Shown here one piece after another: positions 20,431-30,662 of a stretch of DNA of 64,000 nucleotides. Origin of the DNA: Chloroflexota bacterium (GTDB lineage: Bacteria > Chloroflexota > Dehalococcoidia > Lucifugimonadales > JADFKI01). The notes below the pieces were generated by a model. That model was not told where the DNA came from. It searched no databases and worked only from the letters and a program-made list of their open reading frames with translations. Location: positions 32,001-96,000 of the forward strand of contig JAQBUT010000003.1 of assembly GCA_027623195.1 (NCBI GenBank), written 5' to 3'. Position numbers and translations under genes: made by a program. The first letter of the stretch is position 1, and every line of letters begins with the position of its first letter.

Positions 20431-20530
20431 GGCACACTTAGCATCGGCGCTTTTTTCCCAAGGTACTGCCAGGGTTCGTGGAAGTTTAAAAAATAAATGT
20501 GGACTAGGAGGTTCGGACTTGTTGGAAGAG

Positions 20531-21073
20531 CTAGGCATGATAAAAGCCCCCCGATCTATCGGGATTATGGGGGTACGTGGTGTGGGAATTAGCGGACTCG
20601 CCTTCTTGCCTGTCGAATTCAGACCAGAGTCTGGTTACGGCGGCCCGGCTAACGGACCCGCTGAATCCCCTTCGCCGCAGGTGGCCCCCAAGTCGGGCGC
20701 TGAATTTTTGGAAATCGACATCGTACAGACGCCGGGTGAACTTTTGGCCAGCTCTATACGCAGCGTCGGTATCATCCACGTTGGCCACCGCTTGCGAGGC
20801 TAATTCTTCTTCCACGCCTTTGGCCAGCAGTTCCCGCCTTATGAGGAATGCGCTACGTGGTCTGTGGGTGTCACGGCTCTGTTTCCAGAGGAGGGCGAAT
20901 TCAGAATCGTCTATGAGGCCTTGCCGTGTGAGGTTTTCAAGAACGAGGTTAACCACATCGAGGGGGAATCGCCGAAGGAGACGTGTTTTGACCTCTGCCT
21001 CGCTTCTGGCTCTGTAGGAGAGGAAGCTATGTGCAGCGGAGGTAGCTCGTTGGAATGGTTCGCTGTCGTTCAT
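20531..21073 (-). CDS. recX: regulatory protein RecX
   Basis: FLSYRARSEAEV..RL, GLIDDSEFA, IRRELLAKGV, LRRRGF; directly downstream of recA; start taken at MNDSE. Confidence 0.88.
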   Translation of the reverse strand: MNDSEPFQRATSAAHSFLSYRARSEAEVKTRLLRRFPLDVVNLVLENLTRQGLIDDSEFALLWKQSRDTHRPRSAFLIRRELLAKGVEEELASQAVANVDDTDAAYRAGQKFTRRLYDVDFQKFSARLGGHLRRRGFSGSVSRAAVTRLWSEFDRQEGESANSHTTYPHNPDRSGGFYHA

Positions 21074-21179
21074 GGGGCCGCAGTAACGCCCTACTTTTGC
21101 CACGTGGTTTATTAAGAAAAGACGCTCGGAGCGACCCATTTTAGCGAGTCGCTCCAACTGCATATCATCTAACTATATC

Positions 21180-22277
21180 TTAGTTGGTTTGATCGGAAGA
21201 AGCCACTACCACCAGGTCAGATTCGTTCATTTCCATTTCATCTTCAGTGGCGTCAGGCTCTTCACGGGCTACGGGCTGAGTAGACAGCTTGGCCCGTACT
21301 AGTTTCTCGATCTGCTCTGAAATCTCTGGATTTTCTTTGAGGAACTGCTTGGAATTCTCGCGGCCCTGACCGAGGCGTATGTCACCGAAGGAGTAGAAGG
21401 CGCCGCTCTTCTTCACCACTTCTTGATCGGAGCCTATGTCCAGCATTTCGCCGAATTTGCTGATGCCCTCGCTGTACATAATGTCGAACTCGGCTACCTT
21501 GAACGGAGGCGCAACCTTGTTCTTCACCACCCGGGCACGGACGCGGTTGCCCAGGATGTCGGTGCCCTGTTTGAGGGACTCCAGCCGCCGAAGGTCGATG
21601 CGTACAGAGCTGTAGAACTTCAGAGCGCGACCGCCGGGTGTTACTTCGGGATTGCCGAAGACGACTCCTATCTTTTCACGCAACTGATTAATAAATATCA
21701 CGCATGTGTTGGAACGGCTGATGGCCGATGTTAGCTTTCTGAGGGCTTGGGACATGATTCGCGCCTGCAGGCCCATGTGGGTGTCGCCCATGTCGCCTTC
21801 AAGTTCGGCCTTGGGCACCATAGCCGCAACGCTGTCTATGACTACGATGTCGACGGCCCCGCTACGCACCAGGTATTCGCAGATCTCCAAGGCCTGTTCC
21901 GCAGTGTCCGGTTGGGATATCAGAAGCTCCTTCGTGTCTACGCCGCACTTCGCCGCATATCCTGGGTCCAGTGCATGCTCGGCGTCGATGTAGGCCGCGG
22001 TGCCGCCGTTTCGTTGGGCTGAGGACATCACGTGATACGCCAGCGTCGTTTTGCCTGAAGATTCTGCGCCGAACACCTCTATGACACGCCCTCGGGGTAA
22101 TCCGCCCACGCCTAGTGCGACGTCCAGGGCGATGGAGCCGGTGGATAGGGATTCCACCTGGGTATTCTTTATGGCTTCGCCCAGTTTCATGACCGCGCCA
22201 CTACCGAAGTGGCGGTCAATCTGTCCTATGGCTAGCTCCAGTGCCTTGGCTTTGTCGTTTTTCATGTCATTCTTCAC
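21180..22277 (-). CDS. recA: recombinase RecA
   Basis: [73 protein letters not shown]. Confidence 0.99.
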   Translation of the reverse strand: MKNDMKNDKAKALELAIGQIDRHFGSGAVMKLGEAIKNTQVESLSTGSIALDVALGVGGLPRGRVIEVFGAESSGKTTLAYHVMSSAQRNGGTAAYIDAEHALDPGYAAKCGVDTKELLISQPDTAEQALEICEYLVRSGAVDIVVIDSVAAMVPKAELEGDMGDTHMGLQARIMSQALRKLTSAISRSNTCVIFINQLREKIGVVFGNPEVTPGGRALKFYSSVRIDLRRLESLKQGTDILGNRVRARVVKNKVAPPFKVAEFDIMYSEGISKFGEMLDIGSDQEVVKKSGAFYSFGDIRLGQGRENSKQFLKENPEISEQIEKLVRAKLSTQPVAREEPDATEDEMEMNESDLVVVASSDQTN

Positions 22278-22354
22278 GGCATATCTCCTGGCTTGATTAT
22301 CTGTAATGTCTGGTCTGTTTGAGGGAATATTATCAGTGGAAAAGGCATTTGTAA

Positions 22355-22367
22355 ATACATTTGTTCT
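22355..22367 (-). promoter_or_regulatory. putative LexA (SOS) box at the recA promoter
   Basis: AGAAC-AAAT-GTAT on the minus strand, abutting a TTTACA-N17-TAATAT promoter (22327-22355). Confidence 0.65.
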
Positions 22368-22539
22368 AAAAAATTGACTGATTACGAAATGGTCTTATTT
22401 TATGATTAATTTCTTCGAAATATGACCATTCCATTAGGAGGTAGACCGCTTTACGGGCTGAGACAACTTGGAAAAATTGGTGTTACTTATTAATATGATG
22501 AAATTCTCTGCTTTTCAGCGAGAAGGACTCATCCGGGCA

Positions 22540-23016
22540 ATGAAAGTTATGGTGGTCCTCGCGGTTCCAGCGCTCCTGGCGGCCTGTTCGATTATACAGC
22601 AAGACGTCTTTCTTGAATCACCGGAGGGTTCCGAGGAGCCTTCCCAAAAGTTATTTTCAGTTCAGTTACCTTCTGGTTGGGAGGCAACATATCCTCAGGC
22701 TGGCGGAGACTCTTGGAGCGGTTCGCTTTCTGGAGATGGCATAACCCTCAATTTCCTGGGGGGGCCGTACGCTACCAGTGAGATTTACAGGACTTTGAAG
22801 GGTGGTGGAGATCAGCAGATGGAATTGAGGCACGTTAATTTTGGCGAGGAGATTAACGGCCAGCAGGGTACTCTGGTGCGCCCGCGGACTGGGCAGGACG
22901 GACTCACCGGCTTGGTGCTGGATTTGCCCACCCGGAGGCTCGTGTTTACGGCGGAGGGCCTCTCTGAAGATGAACAGAAGGTAGCCTTCAAGGTGTTTCG
23001 CAGTATTTCGCCATAG
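22540..23016 (+). CDS. hypothetical lipoprotein
   Basis: Hydrophobic leader with lipobox LAAC; FSVQLPSGW motif; start uncertain (ORF is open from 22468). Confidence 0.65.
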   Translation: MKVMVVLAVPALLAACSIIQQDVFLESPEGSEEPSQKLFSVQLPSGWEATYPQAGGDSWSGSLSGDGITLNFLGGPYATSEIYRTLKGGGDQQMELRHVNFGEEINGQQGTLVRPRTGQDGLTGLVLDLPTRRLVFTAEGLSEDEQKVAFKVFRSISP

Positions 23017-23196
23017 GTAGGTTATTTTCGGTATGGCGTGAGGTCTCCGGCGGGGCATCGTACCGCCGAATCGGCAGTCTGCACCGACTGTTATTAGTCT
23101 TCAACTCTTACTAACTTCGGTCTGTCATAACCCCCTGTGTTACCATATCGCTCCAATTTTATTGATAACAATAAGCTATTCAAAAGGAGCGAAATA

Positions 23197-24549
23197 ATGC
23201 AGGGCGAACCTACGTCGTATCGTGTCGGGGACCCGGGTATTCGGGACCTGCTTTCGGAGGCATCGCGGCTGCAGGCGTGGTTGGATGTTGAGGTTGCCCT
23301 GGCGCAGTCCCAGGCCGAACTGGACATCATCCCTCAGTACGCCGCAGACGAGATAACGCGCAAGGCCAAGTTCGAAAACCTTGACCTGGATAATATCCAC
23401 GCCGCCCTGGCCCGCACCGGGCATCCCATCGTACCCCTGGTTTGGGAATTGGACCGCATCTGTGACGGCGACTCCGGGGGGTACATCCACTGGGGGGCGA
23501 CGACGCAGAATATCACCCAAACGGGCAGACTGCTGGTTATGAAGCGGGCTCATGCTATCTTTCTGGGGCAGTTGGCCGACCTTTTAATCGAGTTGGCTGA
23601 TCTTGCCGAACGGACCAAGGACATGGCCCTGCCCGGTAGGACCCACGGTCAGCACGCTGTCCCGGCGACCTTCGGATACAAAGTGGCCGTTTGGATCGAC
23701 GAGCTGTGTCGTCATATCGACCGACTGCGTGGATGTGAAGGCCGGGTCTTCGTGACTATGCTGGGCGGCGGCGCAGGCACTCTTGCCTCTCTGGGCGAGA
23801 TTGGCCTGGAGATTCAAGACAGGATGGCGGTGAAATTGGGTATGGCCTCTATGCCGATGCCTAGCCGCACTATCGGCGACCACATGGCGGAGTACGTCTG
23901 CCTGTTAGGCATGCTGGCTGCGACTAGTAGCAAGATAGGCCGCGAGGTCTACACGCTCATGAAGGACGAGTTCGGTGAGGTTGAAGAACCTGTGCCGGAG
24001 GGCACCGTGGGTAGCAGCACCATGCCACAGAAACGCAATCCCAAGCTTGCTCAGGACATCGTGGCAGGGGCCGCACAGGTTCGTGCTCTGGTTCCTCTGG
24101 CGTTGGAGGCCATGCAGACGGAACACGAGGCAGACCGTACGACTAGCGTGATGATGGACAAAGCAATCAACGAATCGTGCGCCCTTACGGGTGATATTTT
24201 GCAGCGACTGGTAAATCTTTTCGGGGGCCTTCGGGTCTTCCCCGAGAGGATGCGCAAAAACCTGGACCTGTCCGGTGGGCTAATAATGGCTGAGGCTGTC
24301 ATGCTGGAGTTGGGAAGGGAAATCGGCAGACAAAGCGCCCACGATGCTGTTTACGATGCTGCACAGGCTTCGTTCCTGGAGAACAGGCCCTTCACGGACA
24401 CGCTGGCCGAAGTAGGTGAGGTTTCCAGCCGGTTGTCCCCTGAGCGCATTACGGAACTGCTGGACCCAACGCGCTACACGGGCGTGTGCAGCGTGTTCGC
24501 TGAACGAGGGGCCAAGCAAGCCCGAGAGGTGGCCGGTTCACTGAAATAA
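23197..24549 (+). CDS. adenylosuccinate lyase/3-carboxymuconate cycloisomerase family lyase
   Basis: HWGATTQNI, GRTHGQHAVPATFGYK, signature SSTMPQKRNP; AGGAG RBS. Confidence 0.88.
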   Translation: MQGEPTSYRVGDPGIRDLLSEASRLQAWLDVEVALAQSQAELDIIPQYAADEITRKAKFENLDLDNIHAALARTGHPIVPLVWELDRICDGDSGGYIHWGATTQNITQTGRLLVMKRAHAIFLGQLADLLIELADLAERTKDMALPGRTHGQHAVPATFGYKVAVWIDELCRHIDRLRGCEGRVFVTMLGGGAGTLASLGEIGLEIQDRMAVKLGMASMPMPSRTIGDHMAEYVCLLGMLAATSSKIGREVYTLMKDEFGEVEEPVPEGTVGSSTMPQKRNPKLAQDIVAGAAQVRALVPLALEAMQTEHEADRTTSVMMDKAINESCALTGDILQRLVNLFGGLRVFPERMRKNLDLSGGLIMAEAVMLELGREIGRQSAHDAVYDAAQASFLENRPFTDTLAEVGEVSSRLSPERITELLDPTRYTGVCSVFAERGAKQAREVAGSLK

Positions 24550-24566
24550 ACCTGGCCTCAGCTTAA

Positions 24567-25046
24567 TTATGATTTGAAATTAGGATTTTCGTTCAGGCAG
24601 ATGCGAATGTAAAGCTCGCCGTACTGGCTCTTGAACGATGTCAGGATTTGCACTCCTTGTAATGTGGAGATCCTGCTTCCCGACGGTTCTATTATCAGGG
24701 GCGGGCTGATGTCGCATTCGTAACCTTTAGACGACAGTTGAGTGGCGGCATTCCCGGTAATCATGTTGGCCAGTTCGCCCAGCGCGGACATGGACATGTC
24801 ATCTAGTTCCGTTACCGTCTCGCCTATCATGGCGCTGGCGACTGCCAGACCGGTCCCGCCAGCGAAACCGTAGAGGACGTTGCCCTGTAGCTGGCCACTG
24901 ACGCCTAAGATTGCCGTGAGGTCTTCGGTGGTGTACTGATGGGTAACAGCTTGTGCTCCAACGAATTCAAGAGGTGTTTGAAGCTCTTTTTCCCAGACCA
25001 TTTTGGCCGGTGCTAAGAACGCGTTTACGTATTCTTCTTTCATCAC
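24567..25046 (-). CDS. cheX: CheX-family aspartyl-phosphate phosphatase
   Basis: EYVNAFL...ILGVSGQLQGNV...SALGELANMITGNA...CDISPP. Confidence 0.88.
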   Translation of the reverse strand: MMKEEYVNAFLAPAKMVWEKELQTPLEFVGAQAVTHQYTTEDLTAILGVSGQLQGNVLYGFAGGTGLAVASAMIGETVTELDDMSMSALGELANMITGNAATQLSSKGYECDISPPLIIEPSGSRISTLQGVQILTSFKSQYGELYIRICLNENPNFKS

Positions 25047-25506
25047 TGCCCCTGAGAAATTTCTGATTCTTGCTCGTCTTAACGGGCCAACAGTTTGGAG
25101 TACCTGGAACCCACTGTATAGGCCGTTTCAATATCAAGAATCTCACGATGAACAAGAATAAGTAATATGGCTTTTACGGTATTGCCTGAGTATTCCTACC
25201 TAATGAAATCGCATGCTTTTTGTAGCTAATTCGCGGCACATTTGTCGTTTTTTGGAGGGATCGGTTACTAGATTCCAAGAATCTGGTATGCCTACAGCAT
25301 ATTTCTTGCGAGAAACTACTGCTTGGGGACTAGGTTGCAGGTATGTGAATGCCTTGGATCCGTGACATTGCGCCAGGTGACATATGTAGGAACATCGTGG
25401 TTGGTCAGAAGGCTAGGGGCTCTCAGATATACCGTTCCTGGACTTGAGCAGTCCTGGCCCGACTGCGAATGCGGTCATAATATGTTCCCCTAAGGCTTAC
25501 CTGGAT

Positions 25507-26100
25507 TTACCATCGCCTCTTGGATGGGAGCGACAGCCCTATTACAGAGGTGACGCGAGTCTGGTATTTGGCAAGAGCACTGGCCATGGAAGGTAGGTCA
25601 TCCGCCTCAGTAGGCCCACCATTCATCGAGGATTCTGCCAGGCCTATCCTAATGTTAAGCTTCCCCACATCACTGTCGAATGCTGCGATTATCTGGACGC
25701 CCGGAAACTTGGTTTCGTTACCAGTCCCGTCGATGGAAATACTTGGAGGAGTAATGTCACATGTGAAGCCTTGCTTTTCGAGGTTAGCAGCGGCGTTACC
25801 TGTGATCATGTTTGCGATCTCGCCCAGGGCCGATATGGAGACTTCATCATGAACCAGTAGGCGTTCGGCCATCATGGAGCTGGCGACGGCTAGGCCGGAG
25901 CCTTTCCCGAATTCGTATCGTACACTGCCTTTTAGTTGGCCGCTTACACCAACGACTGCCGTGACATCCTCTGGCACATCACTCTGGGACGCCACCCACG
26001 CTCCAGTTAGCGTCAAAGGTTGGCTTAATTCGCTTTCCCATACTAGTTTGGCAGGAGCCAGAAAGGCATTAATGTACTCTTCCTTCACTATTTCACCCAT
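25507..26100 (-). CDS. cheX: CheX-family phosphatase with C-terminal extension
   Basis: EYINAFL...VGVSGQLKGSV...SALGEIANMITGNA...CDITPP plus ~40 aa tail. Confidence 0.85.
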   Translation of the reverse strand: MGEIVKEEYINAFLAPAKLVWESELSQPLTLTGAWVASQSDVPEDVTAVVGVSGQLKGSVRYEFGKGSGLAVASSMMAERLLVHDEVSISALGEIANMITGNAAANLEKQGFTCDITPPSISIDGTGNETKFPGVQIIAAFDSDVGKLNIRIGLAESSMNGGPTEADDLPSMASALAKYQTRVTSVIGLSLPSKRRW

Positions 26101-26443
26101 CGTAGTTTAGTTCGTCCACTGTCCAAGTCCGTAGTCGGTAACTGGAGTTGATGTGGATATCAATTGCAGTGAATTTGAAATTGATGGATTCATTTTCTCA
26201 GACGTTATCGGATAACGGTACCTAGCCAATACGGGGGTTTTGCAAATGGATACCCATATCACATGGTGGTGTACCGTCACAAAAAATTAAGGGGCGAATT
26301 CACGGCCAATTGAATCTCGGTCCCAGAGGAGACGCGTTGTCCATTATTTAATACTTGTCCAATTTCTCCTTGAGTGTCCATGCCGACGTGTGATAAAGCT
26401 AAATTGATAGTTTCCAAACCTAACCTGGAATAACGAGAGCGTC

Positions 26444-27415
26444 ATGCGTATTCTCTTAGCGATAGCTGGTGTCCTTGTCCTTACCACCGCGGCCTGCGGC
26501 CCTCCGACGCCGTCCATCTTCTTCGCGTCAGACAGGGACGGCAACATGGAAATCTACTCCATAAACGCCAGTTCTGGTGAGGCTGTGAACCTCACAAACT
26601 CCACTGTGAACGAGTCTAACCCTGTGGTTTCGCCAGATGGGTCGCTTGTGGCGTTCCAAGCCGGGACCGATGTGAACAATGCCATTGAAGTGATAACTAT
26701 GGATGGCAAGACTCGCACGCGGATGACCCAAAGCGGCGGCGGTCATAAGGACCATCGTTGGTCACCCAGCAGCAGCAGGCTGGCATACGTGCTCCAAAAC
26801 GGGCAGGAACCTACCATTTACGTCGCGAACACCGACGGTTCCAATCCTGTGAAGCTTACCTCTGTTCCTGGCGACGACGTGGGCGGCTGGTCCGGCGACG
26901 GCAACTCGGTGGTGTTCGTAGTGCGCGATGTCGAAGGGCAGGGGTTATACCTTCGTAACCCTGACGGCGTGAACGAACGTCGCCTCACCGACACGCCCGA
27001 CTACGGACCTGTCTGGTCACCCAATTCGCGAAAGCTGGCATTCCTGTCGACGCGAGATGGCAATCCCGAGATATACGTCATGAATGCCGACGGTTCCGGA
27101 CAGGTACGCATTACCGAGACCGATGAGGCCGAGTTCAGCCCGACCTGGTCTCCCGATGGCAGGAAACTGCTGTTCGTGTCTGAACGCGATGGCAACGCCG
27201 AGATCTACGTCAGCGATGCCAGGGGTACCGACGTTCAGAGGCTTACCCAGAACGGCGCAAAGGACGTTCAGCCTGTCTGGTCTCCCGATGGCAACCAAAT
27301 TGCTTTCGTCTCCTACCTGGATGGCGATGCAGACATAGTCGTCATGAACACCGACGGCTCCAACCAGTCTCGCCTGACCAACAACAGCGACCAGGACATC
27401 CAGCCCTCCTGGTAG
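26444..27415 (+). CDS. TolB-like PD40 beta-propeller lipoprotein
   Basis: Lipobox TAAC; repeated P.WSPDG..I.F.S.RDGN.EIY.M..DG units. Confidence 0.9.
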   Translation: MRILLAIAGVLVLTTAACGPPTPSIFFASDRDGNMEIYSINASSGEAVNLTNSTVNESNPVVSPDGSLVAFQAGTDVNNAIEVITMDGKTRTRMTQSGGGHKDHRWSPSSSRLAYVLQNGQEPTIYVANTDGSNPVKLTSVPGDDVGGWSGDGNSVVFVVRDVEGQGLYLRNPDGVNERRLTDTPDYGPVWSPNSRKLAFLSTRDGNPEIYVMNADGSGQVRITETDEAEFSPTWSPDGRKLLFVSERDGNAEIYVSDARGTDVQRLTQNGAKDVQPVWSPDGNQIAFVSYLDGDADIVVMNTDGSNQSRLTNNSDQDIQPSW

Positions 27416-27576
27416 ACTCTGGTAGGCTCTGGCAGGCCTGCCCGGCAGGTCCCGATTACAGCCACGGCCCATTTTCTCATCCAGCCACTCTTATCGTCGC
27501 TTGTTGGCATCTGCGCACCACTGATATAATGAGTTTCTGTAAAACGTCGTGCACCCCTTGATATTGAGGCCCGTAA

Positions 27577-28752
27577 GTGTCGGCACAGCGCCAAACAGCT
27601 TCAACAGATGACCCTGGTTCCCACCGGCGGAGCCATACGTCCTATCAGCGCATCGTAGTCAAAGTGGGTACCAGCCTGCTGACCGGCGGCACTGGGCGCT
27701 TGGATCCGGCGATAATGGCTGGCCTTGTGGGGCAGATAGCCGCGCTTCATTCCCAGGGTAAGCAGATGCTGCTAGTGTCGTCCGGAGCCGTTGCGGCTGG
27801 TCGCCACGCCTTGGGCATAACGCAGGAGGACAAGGACCTACCTCTGCGACAGGTGTTGGCGGCCGTTGGTCAAAGCCACCTGATGCACGCCTACGAAGAG
27901 CTATTCGCCGCCCACGACATCTCCGTGGCCCAGGCCCTGCTCTCCCGTCGTGATTTGACTGACCGTCTTGGTTACTTGAACATCCGCAATACCCTGGAAG
28001 GCCTCTTGGAGCGCAAGGTGGTGCCTATCATCAACGAAAACGATGTGGTGGCGGTGGAGGAGTTAGCGGGCGAGGCGTTCGGCGATAATGATACGCTGTC
28101 CGCCCTGGTGGCTAACCTGGTGGATTCGGACATGCTGGTGATGCTGGGCGAGGTGGAAGGCCTCTATACGGCGGACCCATTTATGGACTCATCGGCCTGC
28201 CACATCCCTGTCGTGGAGCAGCTGACAGAGGAAGATGTAGAGCGGCTAGGCGGCCCTTCATGGGGGTCTCGTGGCCGTGGAGGCATGAAGACCAAGTTGG
28301 GGGCGGCGCGTTTGGCCACGGCCTCTGGCGTCGATGTGGTTATCGCGGGCGGCCGCATCCCAGGTGTCATTGAAGGTCTGGCCGCTGGGAAAAGCGCGGG
28401 GACGTACTTCCCTACATCAACAACCAAGCTGGAGAGCCGCAAACGCTGGATGCTGAGCGGCGTTTCCACTCGCGGGGAGATAGTTGTCGACTCAGGAGCC
28501 GTACGCGCACTTCGCATTAACAATCGCAGCCTGCTTCCTGCCGGTGTAACCAGCGTTAAGGGAACTTTCGAACGCGGAGACATCGTGTCCATACTCGACA
28601 GCGACGGCTCTCAAATGGCCTGTGGCATAAGCAATTATGGGTCTGATGACCTCTCCGCAATAAAGGGCGAGCACTCCCATAGAATATCCGAGATACTGGG
28701 GCACCACTACGGTGATGATGTGGTTCACCGGGACAACATGGTCATCGTGTAG
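27577..28752 (+). CDS. proB: glutamate 5-kinase with PUA domain
   Basis: IVVKVGTSLL, VSSGAVAAG, PIINENDVV, FGDNDTLSA, GGMKTKL, HRDNMV. Confidence 0.96.
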   Translation: MSAQRQTASTDDPGSHRRSHTSYQRIVVKVGTSLLTGGTGRLDPAIMAGLVGQIAALHSQGKQMLLVSSGAVAAGRHALGITQEDKDLPLRQVLAAVGQSHLMHAYEELFAAHDISVAQALLSRRDLTDRLGYLNIRNTLEGLLERKVVPIINENDVVAVEELAGEAFGDNDTLSALVANLVDSDMLVMLGEVEGLYTADPFMDSSACHIPVVEQLTEEDVERLGGPSWGSRGRGGMKTKLGAARLATASGVDVVIAGGRIPGVIEGLAAGKSAGTYFPTSTTKLESRKRWMLSGVSTRGEIVVDSGAVRALRINNRSLLPAGVTSVKGTFERGDIVSILDSDGSQMACGISNYGSDDLSAIKGEHSHRISEILGHHYGDDVVHRDNMVIV

Positions 28753-28832
28753 TTAGTTGCTAGTGCTTAGTATTTAGCGCTAATAACCAAACACCAATAA
28801 CTCATAACTGGTAACGGTCCGAAGGACTATAC

Positions 28833-30107
28833 ATGCAATCTGTTGCAGACGAGCTTGAATTAAAGGCCGGCGCCGCGCGTAAGGCATATCGCGTACTGGC
28901 TAACCTGACCAGTGATGTAAAGAACCGCGCCCTATTAAAGATAGCTGACGGTCTTTTGGCTAATCAGGCCGAGATTTTGGACGCCAATGCCAGGGACATC
29001 GCGGCGGGCCGGGATAACGGCCTGGCGGAGCACTTCCTGGATAGACTTTTGCTGAATCCAGAGAGGTTGGAGGCCATTGCCGCAGACGTTCGCAGTGTGG
29101 CCGCCTTGCCTGACCCCGTGGGCGAGGTCCTGGAGATGCGAACCATGCCTAACGGCCTCAAGATCGGCAAAAGGCGGGTTCCGCTGGGCGTCATAGGAGT
29201 TATCTACGAAAGCCGACCCAACGTTACCATCGATATATCGGTGCTGTGCCTGAAGTCTGGCAACGCGGTCGTTCTTCGTGGCGGCAGCGACGCCATCAAC
29301 TCCAACACCGCCCTTGCAGCCTTGGTGAAGCGTTCCATTGCCGATGCTGGGGTGCCAGCGGATGCGGTGCAGGTTATGGAGTCCACCGACAGGGACCTGG
29401 TGGGGCGCATGCTGAAGGCCCGGGGCATGATCGATCTGCTCATTCCCAGGGGAGGGAAGGACCTAATCGATCGTGTGGCCCAAGAAGCCACTATGCCATC
29501 CATTACCGGCGGCGTGGGCGTGTGCCACACTTACGTCGATAAGGCGGCGGACCCGAAGATGGCTGTGGATATTGTGGACAACGCCAAGGTCTCTCGTCCC
29601 TCAGTTTGCAACTCGCTGGACACCGTTATCGTTCACTCGGCCGTGGCTCCCGCGTTCCTGCCGGAGTTGGCCCGTAGGTGGGTCAAAGCAGGCGTGCAGA
29701 TGCGCTGCGACTCCAGGGCTTTAAGCATGGTCGGAGCAATCAAGGGCATTTCCGCTATAGCAGCGGTAGCCGAGGACTGGGATACTGAACATCTGTCTCT
29801 CAGGGCAGGCGTCAAGATAGTGGACTCGCTGGACGAGGCCATGGAGCACATACAGGAACACGGTTCCGGCCATTCCGAGGCCATAGTTTCCGAGGATTAC
29901 ACCGCTGCCATGCGTTTCATGGACGAGGTGGACGCGGCAGCAGTATTCATTAACGCCTCCACGCGCTTCAACGACGGAGGCCAGTTCGGCCTGGGCGCAG
30001 AAGTGGCAATAAGCACCAACAAAATGCACGCCAGGGGTCCTATGGGCCTTAAAGAGCTTACGTCCTATAAGTGGACCGTTATGGGCAATGGCCAAGTGCG
30101 TTCTTGA
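28833..30107 (+). CDS. proA: gamma-glutamyl phosphate reductase
   Basis: VPLGVIGVIYESRPNVT, LIPRGG, SVCNSLDT, GSGHSEAI, NASTRFNDGGQFGLGAEVAIST.KMHARGPMG. Confidence 0.97.
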   Translation: MQSVADELELKAGAARKAYRVLANLTSDVKNRALLKIADGLLANQAEILDANARDIAAGRDNGLAEHFLDRLLLNPERLEAIAADVRSVAALPDPVGEVLEMRTMPNGLKIGKRRVPLGVIGVIYESRPNVTIDISVLCLKSGNAVVLRGGSDAINSNTALAALVKRSIADAGVPADAVQVMESTDRDLVGRMLKARGMIDLLIPRGGKDLIDRVAQEATMPSITGGVGVCHTYVDKAADPKMAVDIVDNAKVSRPSVCNSLDTVIVHSAVAPAFLPELARRWVKAGVQMRCDSRALSMVGAIKGISAIAAVAEDWDTEHLSLRAGVKIVDSLDEAMEHIQEHGSGHSEAIVSEDYTAAMRFMDEVDAAAVFINASTRFNDGGQFGLGAEVAISTNKMHARGPMGLKELTSYKWTVMGNGQVRS

Positions 30108-30142
30108 TTATCAACAACAGTCAGATTGGCAGGTGGTAGCGT

Positions 30143-30463
30143 ATGGCTGAGTTCGACTTTGAGCGAGAGTGTCGGACTCCAAACTCCGAGTGCTACACCG
30201 TACTGGACAGCGAAGAACGTAATATTGGCAGAATAGATATCCACTTCGCCGACGCCGTCATACACGCCACGCTCAGTGTGGACGAGAGCCTTACCACGGA
30301 CGAGATTCAGGAGATGATCGAAGTCATAGACGAGGAGCTTCTGGATTCCGTTGGCATTGTCCGGCAAGAGGTAATCATTCACGTGCACCAGGGCCGCGAC
30401 CTAGGCGTCTACAGCACCAGGGACTTCGAGGGCAACGGCAGCGGCTACCAGTTCATGAGCTAG
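30143..30463 (+). CDS. acidic hypothetical protein
   Basis: 106 aa with AGGTGG RBS and coding-like codon usage; follows proA. Confidence 0.7.
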   Translation: MAEFDFERECRTPNSECYTVLDSEERNIGRIDIHFADAVIHATLSVDESLTTDEIQEMIEVIDEELLDSVGIVRQEVIIHVHQGRDLGVYSTRDFEGNGSGYQFMS

Positions 30464-30662
30464 GCTGCATCTCTCGGATATAGGTCACTTCCGAGCCCGA
30501 ATTGTCCGGCGTACCTCCCCACAAATTATCTGATCACTACGCTCCGCGATACTATTCGTTCCATGAACCCTCCTTGCTCCTGCATCTGCGCTTGTTAGGA
30601 AACCCTTGTTCCTGTAGCATGTTGCCGACAATTAGGCCAAGAGACATGCTAGGGAGAGAACA

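Noticed and set aside
25200..25478. RBS-preceded minus-strand ORF between the cheX genes with TAG after 21 codons and an open frame beyond
   Set aside because: The translation has no recognisable features, so it cannot be supported as a gene or as another readthrough case.
26444..27415. Repetitive DNA in the TolB-like gene as a possible CRISPR or DGR repeat
   Set aside because: The repeats are codon-level PD40 protein repeats; there are no spacers, cas genes or reverse transcriptase.
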